64,000 nt of DNA from Leucoraja ocellata (taxonomy: Eukaryota): assembly GCA_036785375.1 (NCBI GenBank), contig JAWMAR010000391.1, positions 868,001 to 932,000 on the forward strand, written 5' to 3'. The position numbers were made by a program, and so were the translations under genes. The notes beneath the pieces are model-generated. The model made no database searches, had not been told where the DNA came from, and worked only from the letters and a program-made list of their open reading frames with translations. Within the stretch, counting starts at the first letter, position 1. The number at the start of each line of letters is the position of its first letter. This document shows, one piece after another, positions 1 to 12,775 of this stretch.

Positions 1-1379
1 GGAATAGAACTTCCGCCAGCCTTCAAAACTGTTGATTTAAAGAATCAGGCAGAGGGCAAGAATTGCTCAGGTGAGGAAATTCGGAACTGTCCCAGGATCA
101 GGACATAGTGTTGTGCTTTTGGAGGTGTATTATGTTCTCATGTGCCCCCCTCCTGACACCTGACTGAAGTTGTAACTTTGACTCCCAAGTGTGAGAGAGA
201 AGTCTCAATGAAGGTATTGCAAGCAGCGTTGTCAAAGTATGTCAGCCACCCTCCCTTCCCCTGTTTTATTTTGGTCATCATTTCTGGTATGTTCAAGGAT
301 TGCTACCGATATATGTAAATATAGGGGTTACATCCTTGATTCATTTCAAAGCTATGAAGCTCTATTTAGTGAGTCTAAAATAATTCCATTTGGAAATTTT
401 AAGAGCTGCTTTGAAAACAAACTGCTTTTACCTGGAATGTATCAGTGTTGTGTCCCTTTGTCATTCTTTTAGGAAAGAAATTTAAAAACATGGGAAAGGA
501 ATGAATTTGGCTTTATATAGGCCAAGGGACTATGCAGCTGTCATGATCAGTTAGTTGCCCAATGCTTAATTAACAAAATAATCAACGGCATAAATGACAT
601 TTGTGTGTGTTTCACATGTTTTCAATTTGTGTATCTTTTTTGGAGTTCAAAAGATCACACTGAATATAGCCATATCTGATAACCTACGAGACTAAACAAA
701 ACTGGCCATTTGAAGATTAGCTTCATATGTCAAACACATTGCAGCAATGACATAAACATTTCTTCATTTTCAGCACAAGTAATCGGCATGAATTATAAAA
801 CTAATATATGCAGTGCCTATACAAATTAATGGGGATTATCTGAATTAAGGTGCATACATCAGACTGGGACCTGCCAAGGAGTCTCCCTTTTGTATCACGA
901 TGCTGCAGAACAAGAAACGCTGTTAAAACCTGGCTGGGATGTGTGTGCCTAACATCAGGCACGCTTCAGAACAATGTGACCTAATTTTTCCTGGCAGCAA
1001 TCTAAACAAGGGTTGTATGGGGAATAACATCATTATAAGGGCATCTGATGCAGAATCTGATTGAGCTGCACAAGGGCAATGTATGGCAGTTAGTGTCTAG
1101 TCAATGATGTGGATATCATTGTAAATGCATTTCAATCTGGGAAATGTCAGCTATTATGTCTGTTGGTAATATCTTACAGTTCCATTAATTAATCAATCAT
1201 CATCATTCTCTCATGGTCAAGTATAATTGTCTCCCAAGGCACGTCTCATCTTTGGGTCTGAAGATAGCTGATGAAGCTGATCTGGTGTGGCAGACTGCTG
1301 CAAATTGGACAAATATTTCCGTTCAGGTGGGTGGATTTACTGATCTGAGTCACAATACACCATTTCACCACTTTTCTAT

Positions 1380-1448
1380 TTTATGTATATTGCAAAGTAC
1401 TTTCGGTTCAGACTGGTTTATGTATATTGCAAAGTACTTTCAGTTCAG
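1380..1448. repeat. 37-bp tandem duplication
   Basis: TTTATGTATATTGCAAAGTACTTTCRGTTCAG twice. Confidence 0.88.
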
Positions 1449-1815
1449 TCCAGCCAAGTTGCATCGTTGCCCCAATACTTTTCTTAATCTTCTTGATGCA
1501 ATGGTGCTTCTCAGGTGGAATGAAGTTAATCCATGGGACAAATGAGAAACTTTCCAACCATCACCACTTCCACTCCAGAACCATCCAATTCCCATTACCG
1601 AGCTGCAGTGCACAGATTATGTTCCACATGCCCACATTCAGAGAACAAGCTCCAAGCCATATTGTTGTTCGCTGACACATGAGAGAATGTGCTTTATACT
1701 TAAAATCTGCAAAGGACCATCGTCAAACTATCCCAACTGTGCACCACTGCCTTACAATAATAAAGACTTGCAATGGGATCCTCAAAGACATGGATGGATT
1801 TCTACATCTTGTATA

Positions 1816-1870
1816 TATGTCTTGGGCACTTTCTATGCCTTGGGCACTTTCTATGTCTTGGGCACTTTCT
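1816..1870. repeat. 18-bp tandem repeat x3
   Basis: TATGYCTTGGGCACTTTC three times. Confidence 0.9.
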
Positions 1871-2499
1871 CTGAACAATGACATTCATAGATTATAAAAT
1901 TGATGATTGTCAGCACAGCGTTTGCATGTCTGAGGAAAAAACAGTGTATGAAGACCAAGACCTTAAACCCAATACAGTGGTTTGGTTGACTGGGCAGCAG
2001 TTACCCCGCATTTCTGTTTGCTTCAGAGACTCGGGTGACCTGGACAGATATAGTCAATGCTCTGCCTGAAAAATTCTCCAAACCCTTGGAAGAATTAGCA
2101 TATTTATGTCAGCATCCTATTCCAGTTATTAAGATCCTAATTAAACTCTGCATGCGTTATTGGTCATGCCATGCTATAGCCACTTCAGTATTTGCAAAAA
2201 TGGCCTTCTCGACTGAGCGCAAACCTGGTTTCAAGGTGCAGTCCCCCAGTTCAGACAAATTTAGTGGCAAGCTGAATTTCAGAGGTGCAGTGAGTATGCC
2301 TGCTCTGGAGGCTGTATATAATCCAATCAATTTCCCACAATGAGAGAACACAAATATTAAATGCATAATAACAACATAGAGGGAGAAGGGGAGGTAGAGG
2401 GAGAGAGGACAATAAGAACAGAATATAAAAACAGAGAGAAATAAAAGAGAACGGTAGAGAAATAATGACCTAAATTAGCATCCTCTCATTTTGAATTAA

Positions 2500-2780
2500 C
2501 TTAAAGTGCTCCATATAAAATAAATTACTTTGAAATATAATGTTGTTATTTTAGCAAATGCCATGCTGCAATAACAAGATATTGATTAAGGAAGGGAGAT
2601 TCATCAGAACAATGAGATAACTCACTGCTCTATGTTGAATATTCCCATAGGATCTTAAGCATCCCCTTAAATAACTGTAACAGACAGACCAAACCTCAAT
2701 TTAATGTTTCATATGAAGGGCAATGCGTCATACATGCAGTGCTGTATAATGTTGTCACCTGAGATAAAGCACTCAAGGAA
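2500..2780 (-). mobile_element. Ancient Deu-domain SINE remnant
   Basis: Minus strand ATGAAACATTAAATTGAGG...AAGATCCTATGGGAATATT...AGAGCAGTGAGTTATCTC resembles the Deu domain as I recall it; a matching L2-type tail lies at 26790-26940(+). Confidence 0.5.
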
Positions 2781-4624
2781 GAGAGGCATTGTTATGTTCC
2801 ACCTATAAGCAAAGCCACAGGAGATTCACTATCATAGTTTAAAAATAATTTTCTTTCCATTACCAGTGTAGATGATATCATTCAGCAATGAACTGATTAC
2901 ATAAATTAGGATCATTTTTAAACAATATTCATATAAAGAGCATATTTAAATTGTCCAATATTTTAGATGGTGCTTGATGTTTGAAAAAGTGAGCTTTCAC
3001 TCATTAATTTCACAGAATAAATAGACATTTGAAACAGACTATAGGGCCTCTTGGAGAATTTGAGTGAACCATAACTGCATTTTGTGTGAGAATTCCTGTA
3101 TATTCATTTAGGAATTAATCTCAATTCATTTCTTAAGCATGTCTTAAGGGTATGTGGCCTGAATTTGAAGGAAGAACTTTCAGATTCTACCAAAGTCCAA
3201 AGTCATTCCACTCTACAACTATTCCAGTTGTGGAGAGGGGATGACACCCTCTCTATCTCTCTCCCCCCCCCCCCCCCCCTTATCTTTCCACATCCCCAAT
3301 CCTTTCCACTCGTCACTTTAATTTCATGTTTCATGTATTTTGTGTTTTATGACTGTTGGCAGATCAATTTCCCTCCTGGGATAAATAAAGTTGTATCGTA
3401 TTGTACTTAATCATACATCATCACTCTGGTGCTCTGCATTTTGGGAGAGATATCAAGTTTGGAGGGATACATAACCTGAAATTGAATAAATTATGACAGG
3501 GATTTAATAAATTGTCTGATCATATAATACTTTGTAAGGCTCGACAGTGCACAAGCTATTTTCATGAATGGTTCAATTCCTAAAGTACAATTTTTCAAAT
3601 TTGTTCTCTTTATTCCCAGGTAGAACAGAAATTGGAGAGAGAATGATCACAAAAAGGTTTGTTTAATGTATTTTTGGTAACTTAAAGGGACAAGAAATTT
3701 GTTGACATATTTATATTATTCATCAACATTATTTCGTTAGCAGTAAATGTCGATATATTTGTAAAAAAAATTTACTTTTGAGAAAGGAAAAATAAATGAT
3801 TTAACACGATTCACATAAGAAAATAGAAGCAGGAATAGGATCCCTAAATCTGGCTCGCTGTTCATTAGGGTAATGGGTCGGGTTGTGTTGCTGATAACTT
3901 TGGACTGCCTGTCTCCCATGGTATCGCAACAGTGACAAGGACTGAATCAGTGCACAGCTAAGGCTCCACTTTTGAGGACGAGCTGTGTGCAAGATATTGG
4001 TAAGTCAAGTTGAGTTTATTGTCATGTGCAGAAGTACGGTGATCAATGAAATATCAGTGCATGGGATCCAGAGGGCCTGAGGTACCAGAATTATGTAGCA
4101 TTTCAAGAGAGAATCTTCTGTGTCCCTTCATCAATATTCTTGATATAAGATAGGAATCACAATTATTTACATTAAAATTCCCTTCCTGAAGTTATCTTTA
4201 TTTTTTATTTTACTTCATTTCCTCGTGTTTTGATGTGTTAAAAATATGTTTTAGTTTATAATCTATTTACAGCGATTTTTAATAGTTGGTCTCCCTGCTT
4301 TAAGAGAAGGCAAGACTTCACTCCCTGTGTCTCCCACACACAACTCCTTTCTCTTATCAAAGACTGTCAGAAGTGGGGCCTCAATGCTACACAAGTGAGG
4401 CTCAGTTGACCTTGAGGCCTGACTGCACAATGTTACCTAATTCACTTCCAGGAGTGGACAGTCATCTATTCAGTCTTCCACACCTGGTCCAAGTTAATGC
4501 AAAGGCGAAGAGCCAAGAGTGCTGAGTCAGGGAGCTGGAACAAAATCAGATAATCCTCTAGTTATCTTTGCATGCTGGAATATGTTGATCTCACCCAGGA
4601 ATTGTGATGCACATCTGCTTCTTG

Positions 4625-5035
4625 GGGAAGGCCAGATCGACAAGCCAAATCACATGGTTAGAGCACATAGGATCCAGGGTAAGATGGCCAAGTAGTGCAA
4701 AGTTGGCTTGATGGAAAGAGACTGAGGGTGTAGATGGAGGTGTGTTATTCATATTGAAGGCTTTTGATCAGTGATGTGCCAATGAGATTCCTGCTCGGTC
4801 CACTGTTGTTTGTTAGTTATATTAATTAACAAATTAGATGACAATGTTGTTAAAAGAGTTAACAAGTTTGCAGATGCCACCAAAATTGGTTATAGTATGG
4901 ACAGTGAAGAAGGTTTTCTAAGATTATAACAGATCTGGATGAATTGGGGACATGAGCCAAGGAATGGCAAATGGGATTTAACTGGGACAAGTGTGGGGTG
5001 TTGCATTTTGGTGAGTTAAAACAGCAGGACTCACA
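4625..5035 (+). mobile_element. Old CR1 RT fragment
   Basis: AAGTTTGCAGATGCCACCAAAATTGGT (KFADDTK-like). Other old CR1 pieces lie near 12200-12700(-), 13370-13950, 25900-26720, 43390-43750, 57800-58180(-) and 60640-61140. Confidence 0.65.
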
Positions 5036-5087
5036 CAATTTTTATAATTTCATCAACTTGAGATACCAATCAGAAACATTCTAATTA

Positions 5088-5270
5088 GACATAAAGTCCT
5101 GGAGTAAGTCAGTGAGTCAGGCAGCATCCTTGTTAAACATGGATAGTGATGTTTCAGGTCAGGACCCAAAGCGACACCTATCCATATTTTCCAGAGATAT
5201 TGCCTAACCCGCTGAGTTACTCCAGTACTTTGTGTCTTCTCTTGTAAACAGCACCTGCAGTTCCTTGTTT
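5088..5270. mobile_element. Degenerate fold-back Penelope-end derivative
   Basis: GACATAAAGTCCTGGAGTAAGTCAG...CTGAGTTACTCCAGTACTTTGTGTC inverted arms plus CTGCAGTTCC tail. Confidence 0.7.
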
Positions 5271-6051
5271 CAACATTCTAATTAGATTGTGTTTACAGAC
5301 AGTGACATTAGCAGAGCTTGGTTGCACTCCCTTGAGATGAATCACTTAATGCACATTGCTTAAATTCAAATCCCAAGGCAAAAGGATTACCTTAACCATT
5401 CAATTTTAATGTGTAATATGTGTTGATCTTTGAAATTTCAGAACTCAGACTTTAATATGAGATGGATTATGTTGGAGATAATAAATAAAATGAGATCACC
5501 TATCAAAACATTTTTTTATTCAAGTAATGAAAGAATTGCTCATAAAAAACTTGGATAATTGGAAGCTGAACAATAAACATATGCTATTATGTTTTGTTTA
5601 TTGCATTGTGGAAAATATTCACAGTTCGTTTTGCCAAACTAGTAAAGAACTTCCTTTTGTTCTTTAAGGTTAATGTTAATTATAGTATAATAATCGTTTT
5701 TGATAATGCAGGCAAACAAAATAATGGCTTCCTGAATCTAACTGTGTGCGGGACAACTTAATTTTTTTCTACATGGTTAAATAATAAAAATTCTAGCTGG
5801 AATGTTCATCCCCAGTGTTTGCATGGTTGCATAATTTATAAGTACAACAAATCATGTGAAATTTAATACAATCAAATAATAAAATATTTGTGAGAATTTT
5901 TTAGCATTATTGTTGAGTCTAACACCAGATTGCTCTTCTACATTTAATTTAGCAAATGAGTGATATGGTAACAGAGTTATTTAGTTACTGGAGTAGCAGC
6001 CTTAGGACTGGAGCATTTATTGTGAGTCTGGATGTTACCAAAGCAGCTATG

Positions 6052-6306
6052 ATCCATGCGGTGAGAACGGAGAGGTTGAGAAGGAGTTTCTTCCCAGAGG
6101 CAATTCGGACTGTAAACGTCTTTCTCACCAGGGACTAACTGTACAGAACGTTTTTCTTTCTATTATTTATTATGTAAAATAATATGTGTGTTATGATTAT
6201 GTCTATAATTTGTTTGGATGTTTTGTTGTTCCGCGAGCATTGCCACTTTCATTTCACTGCACATCTCGTATGTGTATGTGACAAATAAACTTGACTTGAC
6301 TTGACT
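6052..6306 (+). mobile_element. Rex1/Babar-like LINE 3' end
   Basis: RTERLRRSFFPEAIRTVN C-terminal motif; AATAAA followed by (CTTGA)n tail. A related degraded piece lies at about 43765-44300. Confidence 0.65.
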
Positions 6307-7004
6307 AATGACTGGCTTCAGTAACTAACTGCTGGATTGTCATAAAGTCACATCTAGATGATAAAAGTCCTTCAGGGAAGGACGTGTAATATACCATCCT
6401 TACCTGATCTGGCCTAAATATGACTGTGGCAATGTGCTTGACTCTTGACTGCTTCCTTAGTTTGGTCCAACTTGGGATGGGCAATGAATGCTGACATTAC
6501 AAGCATTGTAATGACTCAACAAAAAAAAATGTTGGTAGCCTGGACCCAACCACCAGAATATGAATATCAGGCCTAGTTAAGGTATCCCATTTACAGTTGT
6601 GGCAAGAAGGTTATAAGAGATGCTGTGGTATTTGTTTTCTAGAGGTAGATGGCAGCCCATTTATGGACTGCAACAAGATGATTAAATGTTATCTAGAATA
6701 CCCAAACAGCTGGTTTCAGTACCTAACTACTTGATTGTCATAAAGATACATCTGGATGATAAAGGTAACTGGCATAACTATTTAATTTTAAACTCTTCTC
6801 TGAGTCTGTTGAAGAATGTTTTTAGATCATGCATATGTCCAAGCAACTGCCTCAATTATGAACCAACAGAAAAAAAATTACATTCATCCTTCGTCAACTA
6901 CAGAGAACAACAGGATTTGTATTAAATTCAAAGGGTAGGCAGGACATACAGAATGACTTGATCAGATGGTTAAGTTATGTCATCTAAATGGAGAGAATAT
7001 CTAT

Positions 7005-7063
7005 GTTTAAGAAGGAACTGCAGATGCTGGAGAATCGAAGGTACACAAAAAAGCTGGAGAAAC
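7005..7063 (-). mobile_element. 59-bp Penelope terminal fragment with 14-bp duplication
   Basis: GAGAGAATATCTAT at 6991-7004 and 7064-7077. Confidence 0.8.
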
Positions 7064-8147
7064 GAGAGAATATCTATTCTCATGAATTGTCCCAAATAAT
7101 AACAGGGTAAGAATATTTATAGCCAATTATCTTGCAAAAGACGTTCCGATATGGAGTAAGGAAACACAGTTCTGAAGAAACTGAATCCAAATGTAAATGA
7201 TGGGGAACCAGGATTTATTAATTTTTAATAGAAGCATCAATGCCAAGGACAGACAGTGACAGCTTTACAAAGGACATGTTATAGCCAAAAACAGCAACAT
7301 TCTTCTCATAGATATCAACCAGCCAAGATTAACAACTAAAAATAGCCATGTATGATGCTTTGCTACTATATTATTTAATCTTGATTTTGTTTCAATATTT
7401 GTTTCAGATTCTGACCCACACAAAGAATAACCTGAAGTCAAGTAATGTTCACTAAAAAGAGGCAATGGACATTATAACAATCCAGTGTTTTATCATGTAT
7501 TATTAATGCAATTAGAAGAAATGTTAGTGGTAGTTCTGTTAAAACTAGTTAATGATTTGCTTCTGTTATAAAATGTTAGTTAGTTTAGTTAAAGCTTTGA
7601 GTTCTGGTATACCTGGTGATAATCTTGATCATAATTTAAGTTATACAGATGTGTCTGTGTGAAGTATCAACTACTACTATGTTCCCTCTTCAATCTAAAA
7701 TTTTTCAAAATCAGAAAATATAAAACGATGCTGCATTTTTATTCCACAATGCACAGGAGTGATATCAGTGCATCGCAGATGCTGGTATTTTAGAATACAT
7801 TGCCTTATAGAGACACATTCTGTTCTAGGTACCTACATGAGTGAATACCTATACACAAGTAGGTATTAGCGATCATATTTGGATCTGCAGTGTTCACTTC
7901 CTCACACTGTCCTGAAGCATTATGCATGTTCATTCCCTCAAAATAAGGGAATGGATTTCACACCAGTGGGCCACATGAGCGGCAAGAATGTGGGGTAAAA
8001 TTATGATTTGGTGCGTAGCCTCTGAGAATGTCAGATGAAGTTTTTTGCACAGTACATGTATTGTTCATATTTATTACTTGAATAAAGTCAATTTTGAAAT
8101 ATATTTAAAAAAATGTTCATTGCCAAATAACAATTGTTGGGAATAAA

Positions 8148-8345
8148 AGGCACAAAGTGCTGATGTAACTCAGCAGGTCGGGCAGCAATGCATCTCTGGA
8201 GTAACATGGATAGTGATGTTTCAGGTCGGGATCTTTCTTCAGACTGAGGCCACCTTGAGTCTGAAGAAGTGTCCCAACCTGAAATGACCCTCTGAATTAT
8301 ACTCCCACTTTGTATCTTTTTTTTTAGACTTGCAACTGCAGTTGT
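8148..8345. mobile_element. Degenerate fold-back Penelope-end derivative
   Basis: TTCTTCAGACT...AGTCTGAAGAA inverted cores and the family terminal motifs. Confidence 0.65.
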
Positions 8346-9101
8346 CTTAAATATCTTATAATATAATTTTTTAAATATACCTTTACACTTCATAAAGTGT
8401 TTGTTTGGGGACGTGGGGTGTTACTCAGATGCTTTAGATAGATAAATAAACTGTACAATCTGACAATGGATGTGTCTAGAAGGATTCAACAAGATAAGAA
8501 CTACATAGTATTGCCCTCATAGCCATGAAAATATCAATACTCAAATTTTCACTAAATTAATTCCCAATAAATAGGTTATGGGGAGAGGGCAGGAGAATGG
8601 GTTTAGGGGAGAGAGATAGATCAGCAATGATTGAATAGCGGAGTAGACTAGATGGGCCGAATGGCATAATTCTGCTCCTATCACTTATGAACTTATAAAG
8701 CACAGCTTGGCCATGGCATCTCGAGTTAAACAGAGTTAGTGAAGCTTAAATAACGTCTGGCCTATGCAGATCTGAGCCATCTCTAAATATTGGATCAGGA
8801 CTGAGCGTGGAAGGGACCTTAAACATGGATCTTAAACATGTGCTAAACGTGATGAGTTGAACCTTTCTGTTGGCCTCGATTCATTTATAGAGAGCACACA
8901 AAGGAATTCCCATGCTTGAAATCATTGAGGCTTGAGTATTTCCTGCTATTTTTTGAGAAATTTGCACTGTAGTCAAATGTCCCTTCCAAGCATGGTGGCA
9001 AAAATAATATTTACCAATAATAGGAGCTACCCACTTTGATGGTAAAACATTCCTTGCAAAGCTGTCGTGAGCAGCTAAATACAAACAAGGCAATAACATA
9101 A

Positions 9102-9420
9102 AGGGTGGCACAATGCTGCCACGACAGGGCTGCTGTCTCTTAACATCAGGGACCTGGGTTTGATCCTGACAATCGGTGCTGTTTGTGTAGGGTTTCTATG
9201 TTCTTCCTGTGACCATGCGGATTTTCTCTGGGTGCTCTGGTTTCCTCCCACATTCCAAAGACGTGAAAGTTTGCAGATTAATTAGCTTCTGTAAATTCCC
9301 CTAGTGTGTACAATGCGAAAGTGGGATAACATGGAGGTAGTATACGGGTGGTCGATGGATGGCATGCACACGGTCAGAGGAAGGGCCTGTTTCCACACTG
9401 TATCTCTAAACTAAACTAAA
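9102..9420 (+). mobile_element. tRNA-derived V-SINE (HE1-like)
   Basis: B-box-like GGTTTGATCC, V-domain GGGTGCTCTGGTTTCCTCCCAC, (CTAAA)n tail. Confidence 0.75.
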
Positions 9421-9865
9421 CACAACTGAGGCAGCCTCGAAGGATTCTGAGATAAGATTTCAGACAATGAATGTGACTTTGACCCTGAGAGAATTGGCAC
9501 TTGTGTTTAGTTACCACTGATGTTTACTCTGCATCCAAACACCAGTACTGTGAGGAATTGTGCTACCAATGCTGGAAATTCTCCTGTTAAAGCACAGTGA
9601 TCTTGAAATAGAATAATGTTTCACAGGAGAGCTTGCTAGTGTTTATTAACTGATGTTAAAAAAAATCACAGTTACTTTAGAGCTTTTAGGAGATGAGTAA
9701 TACTTGAAAAATAGACAGATACATTTGTAGATACAAGTTTCCCACAGTTATTCCTAATTTTGAATAAAGTAAACAATGTTAGATGCTCCTCATTGTGGCT
9801 TTTGAAGTGGCATACATCCACAAATGCATTAATAAACTCTCTAAAAATCAGAACTGTTGAGAATA

Positions 9866-10743
9866 TGCCATTCAAGATGGCGGACTGCGGGGGTGATGCG
9901 CCGTTGTGTATGGCTGCTCCTCCTGCAGTCCGTCCTTTCACCCTTATTTATTTTTATTTTTAGTCCTGTTAATATGAGGTGTTTCTTGGAGGTCTTCTTT
10001 TATGTGGTGGGTGGGGGAGGGGAAGGGGGAAATTATTTTTAACCCCAGTCCTACCTGGTCGGAGATGCGGTTTTTCTCCGAACCGCATCTTCGTCGTCTC
10101 TGTGCGGCCTACGAACGAACTGGAGCAGCGCTGGAGCGGCGTTTCCTGCCGGGACTGCAGCTTCGACGGCGGTGTAGATGCTGGGACACCTACAAGGAGC
10201 GGGTGATGTCTTACCGGGTCACCTTGCGGTAAGCTCCGGGGCACTGTGACCGTCGACAGCACCGCGGAGCCTGGGATCCGAGATCGCCAGAGTCGGGGGT
10301 TCGGCCGGCGCGGCCTGTGAACTTTGGTCGTTGCAGTCTTCGCGTCGGGAAGCGGCCGCTTCAGTCCAGGCCGCTGATGGATGTTCACCGACGCCGATGA
10401 TCCAGCTTCGTGGCAGGAGGGCCTGAAGACACCGGGTTGGCTGAGGAGGCCAGATATAGGCCCCGACCTCGGGTGGACTATGAGGGGGAGAACTGGATAT
10501 TTTTGGTGCCTTCCCTCACAGTGAATTCTGCTGTGGGGGGACGTTTCATGTTGATTTCTATAGTGTACTGTTTCTGTGTCTTTTTTCTTATTCTCTTCTT
10601 TCTCTTTTTTTGATTTGTATGGATTTATTGCATTGATCTGTTCAATTAATTTAATCAATCTCTGTAAAGCACTTTGGTTCAAATACTGGTTTTGTTGAAA
10701 AGTGCTATATAAATAAATATTATTATTATTATTATTATTATTA
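9866..10743 (+). mobile_element. Young GC-rich non-autonomous retroposon with L2-like tail
   Basis: 5' CAAGATGGCGG; 3' TGTAAAGCACTTTGG...AAAGTGCTATATAAATAAAT(ATT)n; TGAGAATA duplication at 9858-9865 and 10744-10751. Confidence 0.75.
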
Positions 10744-10886
10744 TGAGAATAGATTCAGAGGTCAAACATTTTGAAATTCTCAATCATTTGACTGTGAAGC
10801 GAATGTTAACACTGCCGAACTGCAACTTGTGCAGCTGTCCATGTTTAGTACAATTAATTCCGACAATCCAAGAAGTCAGAAGAGAG

Positions 10887-11040
10887 AAAGACACAAAATG
10901 CAGGAGTAACTCAGCGGATCAGGCAGCAACTCTGGAGAACATGGATTGGTGACATTTCGTGTCGGGAACCTTCTTCAGACTGAAGAAGGGTCATGACCCA
11001 AAACAACACCTATAAACCAGCATCTGCAGTTCCTTCCCAC
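10887..11040. mobile_element. Fold-back Penelope-end derivative with abutting inverted CTGAAGA cores
   Basis: CCTTCTTCAG-A-CTGAAGAAGG palindrome; CAGCATCTGCAGTTCC tail. Confidence 0.7.
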
Positions 11041-11972
11041 TTCCAAGGAAGCAAGATCTTTTTGAAATGTAAATCTTTCTGATGATTTTTCACAAATGTT
11101 CTTGGAGATTCTGTTAGAATAATTAAAATTGTTCATATGAAATAGATTTGCATTTAGCTTGCATTTTATAGCTTAGAAGAACTTTAAAAACCTATTGTTT
11201 ATCATACTATAAATTAGAAGTAGAATGGTTATATAGGTAAACACTGTAGCTGTATTGCATGCTACATATTTTCAGAAACATTAAGGTGCAGAATCCAGTC
11301 TAATATGCAATGAAGGGTTTATGACAACGATGTAGAATTTATAACAGTATACCTAGAGGGAAAAGTTGAATTTGCTGAGAAAGACCCAGGACAAAGAGAA
11401 ATAAGAGGTGACCTAAACTATTTTAAATTAAGAAAGAGATTGATAGAATCCTTGTCCAAGATGTAAACGGCCCTCCCTGTGCACAAATGCTAACTTCCTC
11501 GCACAGTGCTTCCAAAGTGTTGTTTTTTAGTTTTGTCTGAATTGGAAACATGGTTGATTTAATGGCTCTTCACTGATTCATTACTCATTCAATGAGCTGT
11601 AGACCTATGGAAGCCCAAAATTGAAATCCAATCTACACTGACAGTTGATTTTAGTTAGAATGGTGATGAAGTTGTTTTAATTAATATCACAGGCCTTGGG
11701 CTAAATCCAAAACCGCCAACCCTATATTCTGTGACACTTGGTTCCAGACAAAGGAAACAAAGGCCTGCATCCACTCTGTTGAACTTTGTAAGTTTTAATG
11801 AGATCATCTCTCGTTCTTCTAATTTCTGGAGAATTGAGGCTGAATTTATTCAATCTCATGAAGCAAACTCATTATCCTCGGAACCAATCTATTGAAACAT
11901 CTTGTCCATACTCACTATCCCTCAAGTAAAACCTTTTTTTGGTAAGAAGACCAAATCTTTACATTATCTTCC

Positions 11973-12160
11973 AGGTAGACAAAAATGCTGGAGAAACTCA
12001 GCGGGTGAGGCAGCATCTATGGAGCGAAGGAAATAGTCAACGTTTCGACCCGAAACGTTGCCTATTTCTTTCGCTCCATAGATGCTGCCTCACCCGCTGT
12101 GTTTCTCCAGCATTTTTGTCTACCTTTGATTTTCCAGCATCTACAGTTCCTTCTTAAACA
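11973..12160. mobile_element. Young palindromic Penelope-end derivative (75-bp arms plus 35-bp tail)
   Basis: Arms 11973-12047 and 12051-12125; flanking TACATTATCT/CTCCAGG duplication. Confidence 0.85.
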
Positions 12161-12775
12161 TTAATACATTATCCTCCAGGAATGATTTCACTAAGGCCCT
12201 TCATGATTACTGTAAGATTTCTTTACTCCTATACTTAATCTTTCTCATGATAAAGGCCAGAGAGGGCAAGCTCATTAAGGTCCCTTTGAACATTAAGATT
12301 TTTCAATTTGTTCCTATTTCTGTTTTGTGTAGCAGAGGATGACCTCGTATTTTCGAACAACATTTTTTCAGACATGTCTTCGCCAATTCATTTAGCTTAA
12401 TAATATATCTATAAAACCTATGTACATCCTGCTCACAACTGTACCTAATTTTGCATTATCAGCAGATTGTAAATATGACATCTGGTGGTCCTTTCAGGCA
12501 AGTTATTAATATAAAATATTAATGGCGAGTGCCTCGTCACCAACATAAGTGATACCTTAATAATCACATCCTCCCACTTTGAGGAAACCTGTTTATTCCT
12601 ATTCTTTGCTGTCTGTTTGTTAACCAATTCTCAGTCTCTGCCAGTGTATTATCCCCAATTCCATGTGCTCTGATGTTATTGGCTGACCTTTGTGGAACTT
12701 TTTTGTTGAACTCTGGGGCAGCACAGTGATGCAGCAGTGATGCCTTTACACCTCCAATGGCCCGGGTTCGAACCA

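Noticed and set aside
2035-2366. Opposing 102-aa and 69-aa ORFs as exons of a neighbouring gene such as TEX9
   Set aside because: No recognisable similarity or convincing splice structure; no neighbouring gene could be supported in 1-14400 or 60200-64000.
6313-6766. ~55-bp diverged direct repeat (6313 and 6711)
   Set aside because: It overlaps an old SINE-like fragment and is too short and diverged to be an LTR pair.
9969-10682. 237-aa minus-strand ORF
   Set aside because: It lies wholly inside a GC-rich retroposon, has no recognisable domain, and its start runs through low-complexity sequence.
12716-12774. tRNA gene
   Set aside because: A B-box is present but no cloverleaf can be formed; it is a SINE-type head.
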